The notes under the pieces: generated by a model
Databases searched by the model: none
The model's input: only the letters and a program-made list of their open reading frames with translations
What the model was told of the DNA's origin: nothing
Made by a program: the position numbers and the translations under genes
Part shown: positions 34,990 through 38,168 of the stretch, one piece after another
Layout of the letters: every line of letters starts with the position of its first letter
Numbering within the stretch: the stretch's first letter is position 1
NCBI GenBank assembly: GCA_009602735.1
Contig: WELA01003597.1
Coordinates: 465,265-503,432 of the forward strand
From: Mesotaenium endlicherianum
Lineage: Eukaryota
Length of the DNA stretch: 38,168 bases
Direction: 5' to 3'

Positions 34990-35936
34990 GCAGAATCCAC
35001 GTGAGGACGTTGGCGTCGATCGCCTGCCCCAAGAGGCGAATGCGGTTCACCTCAGTGAGACCGTCCACCTGTGTGGGATGTGGCGGGAAGCCCATGGCAC
35101 GCTCCATCTCCGCAGGACGCGGCCTGTCAAACATGCCAGTCTCTAGGTCGATGACCATCCCGCGCTGATCTCCGACGAAGGCGTCGCTGTCGTAGCGGCT
35201 GACAAAAGTCGGCAGCGCGCGTGCGACGTCATGCAGGACCTCACACTGCGCCATGGAGGGGTGTGGTAGCGCCGTCACACGCTGGGTCAGACGAGGGGCA
35301 TCGAGGATGGAGTCAACGGTGCGTGGGTGACGTGGATGAGAGGCGGCCAACGCCTCGAGAGTACCTGGCATGGCCAGGTTCGTGAAGTAGGCGCGGACGC
35401 GGTGCGCGAAGGAACCAATCTGGGCAGCGTCGATGACGGCCTCGCGGCCGACGTAACTGCTGCAGAGAGCAAAGTCGGCGCTAACGTCGGGTCGGCGATC
35501 GTGGCGCGCGGCCACGTTCTCCAGGACCCACGCGAGAGTGTGTGGCGGCTGGCGATCCTCAACAATGTTGAGGACGCGGAGCAAGTGCCAGAAGAGGGCC
35601 GTGCCGGGGATCGCTGAGCGCCCTGCCACGCCCGATTTTGGAGAAGCCCTGGCACTCCCAACCGGCGATGACGAGGTCAATGGGCCCAAGTCGGCTGACA
35701 TGCTCGACGGTGATGTCGCGGATGTCCATGGGCCAGTCTGTCTGAGCGCGGCGGAATGCGTGCGCAGGAAGGAGGTCAGGGAACTGCTCGTGACCCAACG
35801 CCATCTGCCGACGGGCCACCTGCTGGGCCTCAGGATCGGGATCGACGTAGACGTAGCGGCGCACCGGAATGCCGGCCTGTAAGGTCGCGAGTAACCCGGT
35901 GGCGATGCCGGCAAAGAGCTCGACGAGGACGATGCC
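34990..35936 (-). pseudogene. C5-cytosine DNA methyltransferase domain, DNMT3-like, split by a frameshift
   Basis: Motif I VLVELFAGI; II YVYVD; III DIRDI; IV GPIDLVIAGWECQGFS (35649-35663 encodes GWECQ); VI WVLENV (ENV at 35513-35521); VIII IDAAQIGSFAHRVRAYFTNL; IX-X EMERAMGFP...RIRLLGQAIDANVL. Confidence 0.93.
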
Positions 35937-38168
35937 GTTGGGCCGCTTGTCTAGAGCGTCTGCGCAGATTGGAGTCGGAAGTGGGCGACACCCCATTGCA
36001 GGGGCGCCGGGCTGAGCGGGCGGCGGGAAGGTACGCTCAGCGCTGTGCTGATGTGGCGCCATGCGGAGGGCGGCCACCGCACGGTCTGCGTAGTCACGCG
36101 TAAGGTTGGGGATGCGGTCAGTGAGCGGCTGCGGACGCACCCCCCGTGTGTGGTCCTGGTAGGTGCGCCACCGTAGGCGCGCATCCTGCAGGGCTGTGGG
36201 AGAGACAGCGCGTGCCTGACGTCGGGCCGAGGCCACGCACAGTAGCTGCCACCTGTCGCGTTGGTCGCGGTCAGTCTGGTGCGAGGCTGCGTGGGCCAGC
36301 TGGTCGAGAACGGGACGCGGAGTCAAGTAGGGGTGCGGGTTGAAGTAGGCTCGCTGGCGTGCGCGCATGTCTGCAGAGGGGACTGTGCAGACGGAGCGCT
36401 CGGAGCTGTCGACCTCCTGCGAAGATCGAACTAGCCGGCGAGGGGCTTGGTGGACTCGCGGCCGGGGCTGCCCTCGTGGGACGGGCGCGTCCCGGGGCTG
36501 CCGAAGACTAGACATGAGCCGTGTGCGTGCGGCGGCTGTAAATGGGTGACGACTGGGCAGCCTGCTGTTGGTGCGGGCCACCTTGGGAGGAGGTGACCCG
36601 GAGGGACTGTCGCCAGCGATGTGGCTGCGAGGGACGCTGGCGCGCGGAGCTGTAGGGGCCAGCATCACAAAATGCGCCTTGGAGGAAGACTGAGCGTCGT
36701 CGCCAGCTGAGAGGGGCCGGAAGGGCGGAGTGCGGCGTCGGTCTCGAGTGTCGTCGTATGGCGGCGTGTCCCCGCGGGTCCGCGTGTCGTCGTAAGGAGG
36801 TGTGCGGTCCCTGTCGTTGTAGGGCGGCGTGACGGAGCGGGCGCGCGTCTCGCGGAGGGGAGTCACCTCTCGCGTCTCGCAAAGGGGTGTGAGCGATCGG
36901 GAGCGGCTCGACTCGCGGAGAGGAGTGGTCTCTCGAGCGGGTCCCATGGTCGGCCAAGTGCAATGTGCGTAGGTCAGATGGGCGCAGATAGACGGGGTCG
37001 TGCGGTGTGGCTCGCGGACGCTGAGCCTGGGCGCTGGCTGCTGTATGGGGTGTGTGCCAGCGCTAGAGGAGGCCGCGGCAGCCCGGCTCGTCGCAAACAA
37101 ATGCGCGATGCGGCGACACTCGTGGCTCGTCGAGCAATCGTGTGACACTGGTCGGCTGGGTCCAGCGACGTCGGTGCGAGCCCTGCTGGGCCAGTCGTGA
37201 GCCATGGGCTGGCTAAGTGCGCTGAAGCCGGGCGGACCAGTAGGTGTGCGTTGCCTGCGTGCCGTAGGCGCAGCTGGCGGGGGCTCCTCCGGTGGCGCCG
37301 CGCTGAGGACCTCGACGGAAGCCTCTGGCAATCGTTCCCACTGCGTCTCCTCCTCACTTTTGAGGGACTGGTCGTCGGATCTGTCAGGATAAGCTGCCTG
37401 CCGCATGGCCTCGTCTTCGGATGCCGTGAGGCAAGGCCTGGTCTCGCCGGTCTGATGCGAGGTGTCGTGCGGGGGCGGCTGAGAGTCCATACTGTACTGA
37501 ATGGCCACGCCAACAGGCACGTCGTGGCGAACGCGGACGTCGGTCCTCGCGGACGGTTCGCCTCGAGAGGCCGAGACCCCCCCCTGATGAGTCGTAGGCG
37601 CTGCGACTGCACCGCGGGCAAGGGCGGCGGCAGCGATGGCTGTGCTGGCCGTGGCGAGGGCCTCAGTGGCGTCATCCGCCATCTGTCGCATCATCGCGCT
37701 GTGGGCAGTGCAGATGCGGATCTGCTCCCTGGCCTGGGCTGCCAGGACATCCGCCTGGTGCTGCGGCGTGAGATGGAGCTCGGCACTAGGTAGGTCCGGC
37801 TCCTCGTCCTGTGACTCGAGCAGGTCCACCCCCATAGAGATCTCCTCGTCCTCGGGCCTGTCCTTATCGGTCTTGACCACTGGCCAGCCATCGTCCAGCC
37901 CCATGAAGCCATAAAGAGCGGACACTGCTGGGCGGCGATCGACAATGTCAAGGGGCAAGGATGCGGTGCGCGTCCCCCCTGTCCTCCATTTGGGACGATA
38001 GAAGACGCGCTCTGCCCAGTTGTCGACCGCGGCGCCAATGGGAAAGAGCACGTCACGCCCTAGGAGCACATCAAAGGACTCGGAAGGAGTGACGAGTGCG
38101 TGCCGATGGATGGTTGTCTCGTCTGCCGTGCCTGGGCGCAGAGTGAACAGTAGCGCCAACCTCGTGCG

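Larger units (their letters stand above)
31823..38168 (-). mobile_element. Ty3/gypsy retrotransposon with embedded DNMT3-like methyltransferase and C-terminal PHD finger (5' part beyond the window)
   Basis: Order: protease C-terminal half (FDVLLGRDVL, ~38046-38075), long linker, C5-MTase, RT, truncated RNase H, integrase, PHD, PPT. ORFs 34226-35914, 33917-34213, 32687-33907 and 31823-32668 share a frame and join ORF 35559-38159 by a single-base shift at ~35604. Confidence 0.95.

Noticed and set aside
34990..35936. Bacterial restriction-modification methylase or contamination
   Set aside because: The domain is in frame with gypsy RT and integrase, shows DNMT3-type motifs, and has no neighbouring restriction enzyme or operon context.

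Overview
Eukaryotic, repeat-rich genomic DNA. A streptophyte plant or alga is inferred from an XIP-type aquaporin, an F-box/LRR relic and plant-type LTR retrotransposons. Most of the window is nested or decayed LTR retrotransposons: two opposite-orientation copies of a ~1.25 kb solo LTR (17-1276, 24619-25864), a decayed Ty1/copia (~5337-7729, minus), an internally deleted Ty3/gypsy between ~1 kb direct repeats (14761-19557) and a chromovirus with a -1 gag-pol frameshift signal and an integrase chromodomain (26268-31587). The standout is a minus-strand Ty3/gypsy polyprotein (31823 to beyond 38168). It carries a DNMT3-like C5-cytosine DNA methyltransferase between protease and reverse transcriptase, and a PHD finger at the end of its integrase. 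This copy is damaged by one frameshift, three stops and an RNase H deletion. Host genes are an XIP aquaporin with a Thr-rich loop C and a probable F-box/LRR pseudogene. All calls come from reading motifs by eye; no searches or alignments were run.
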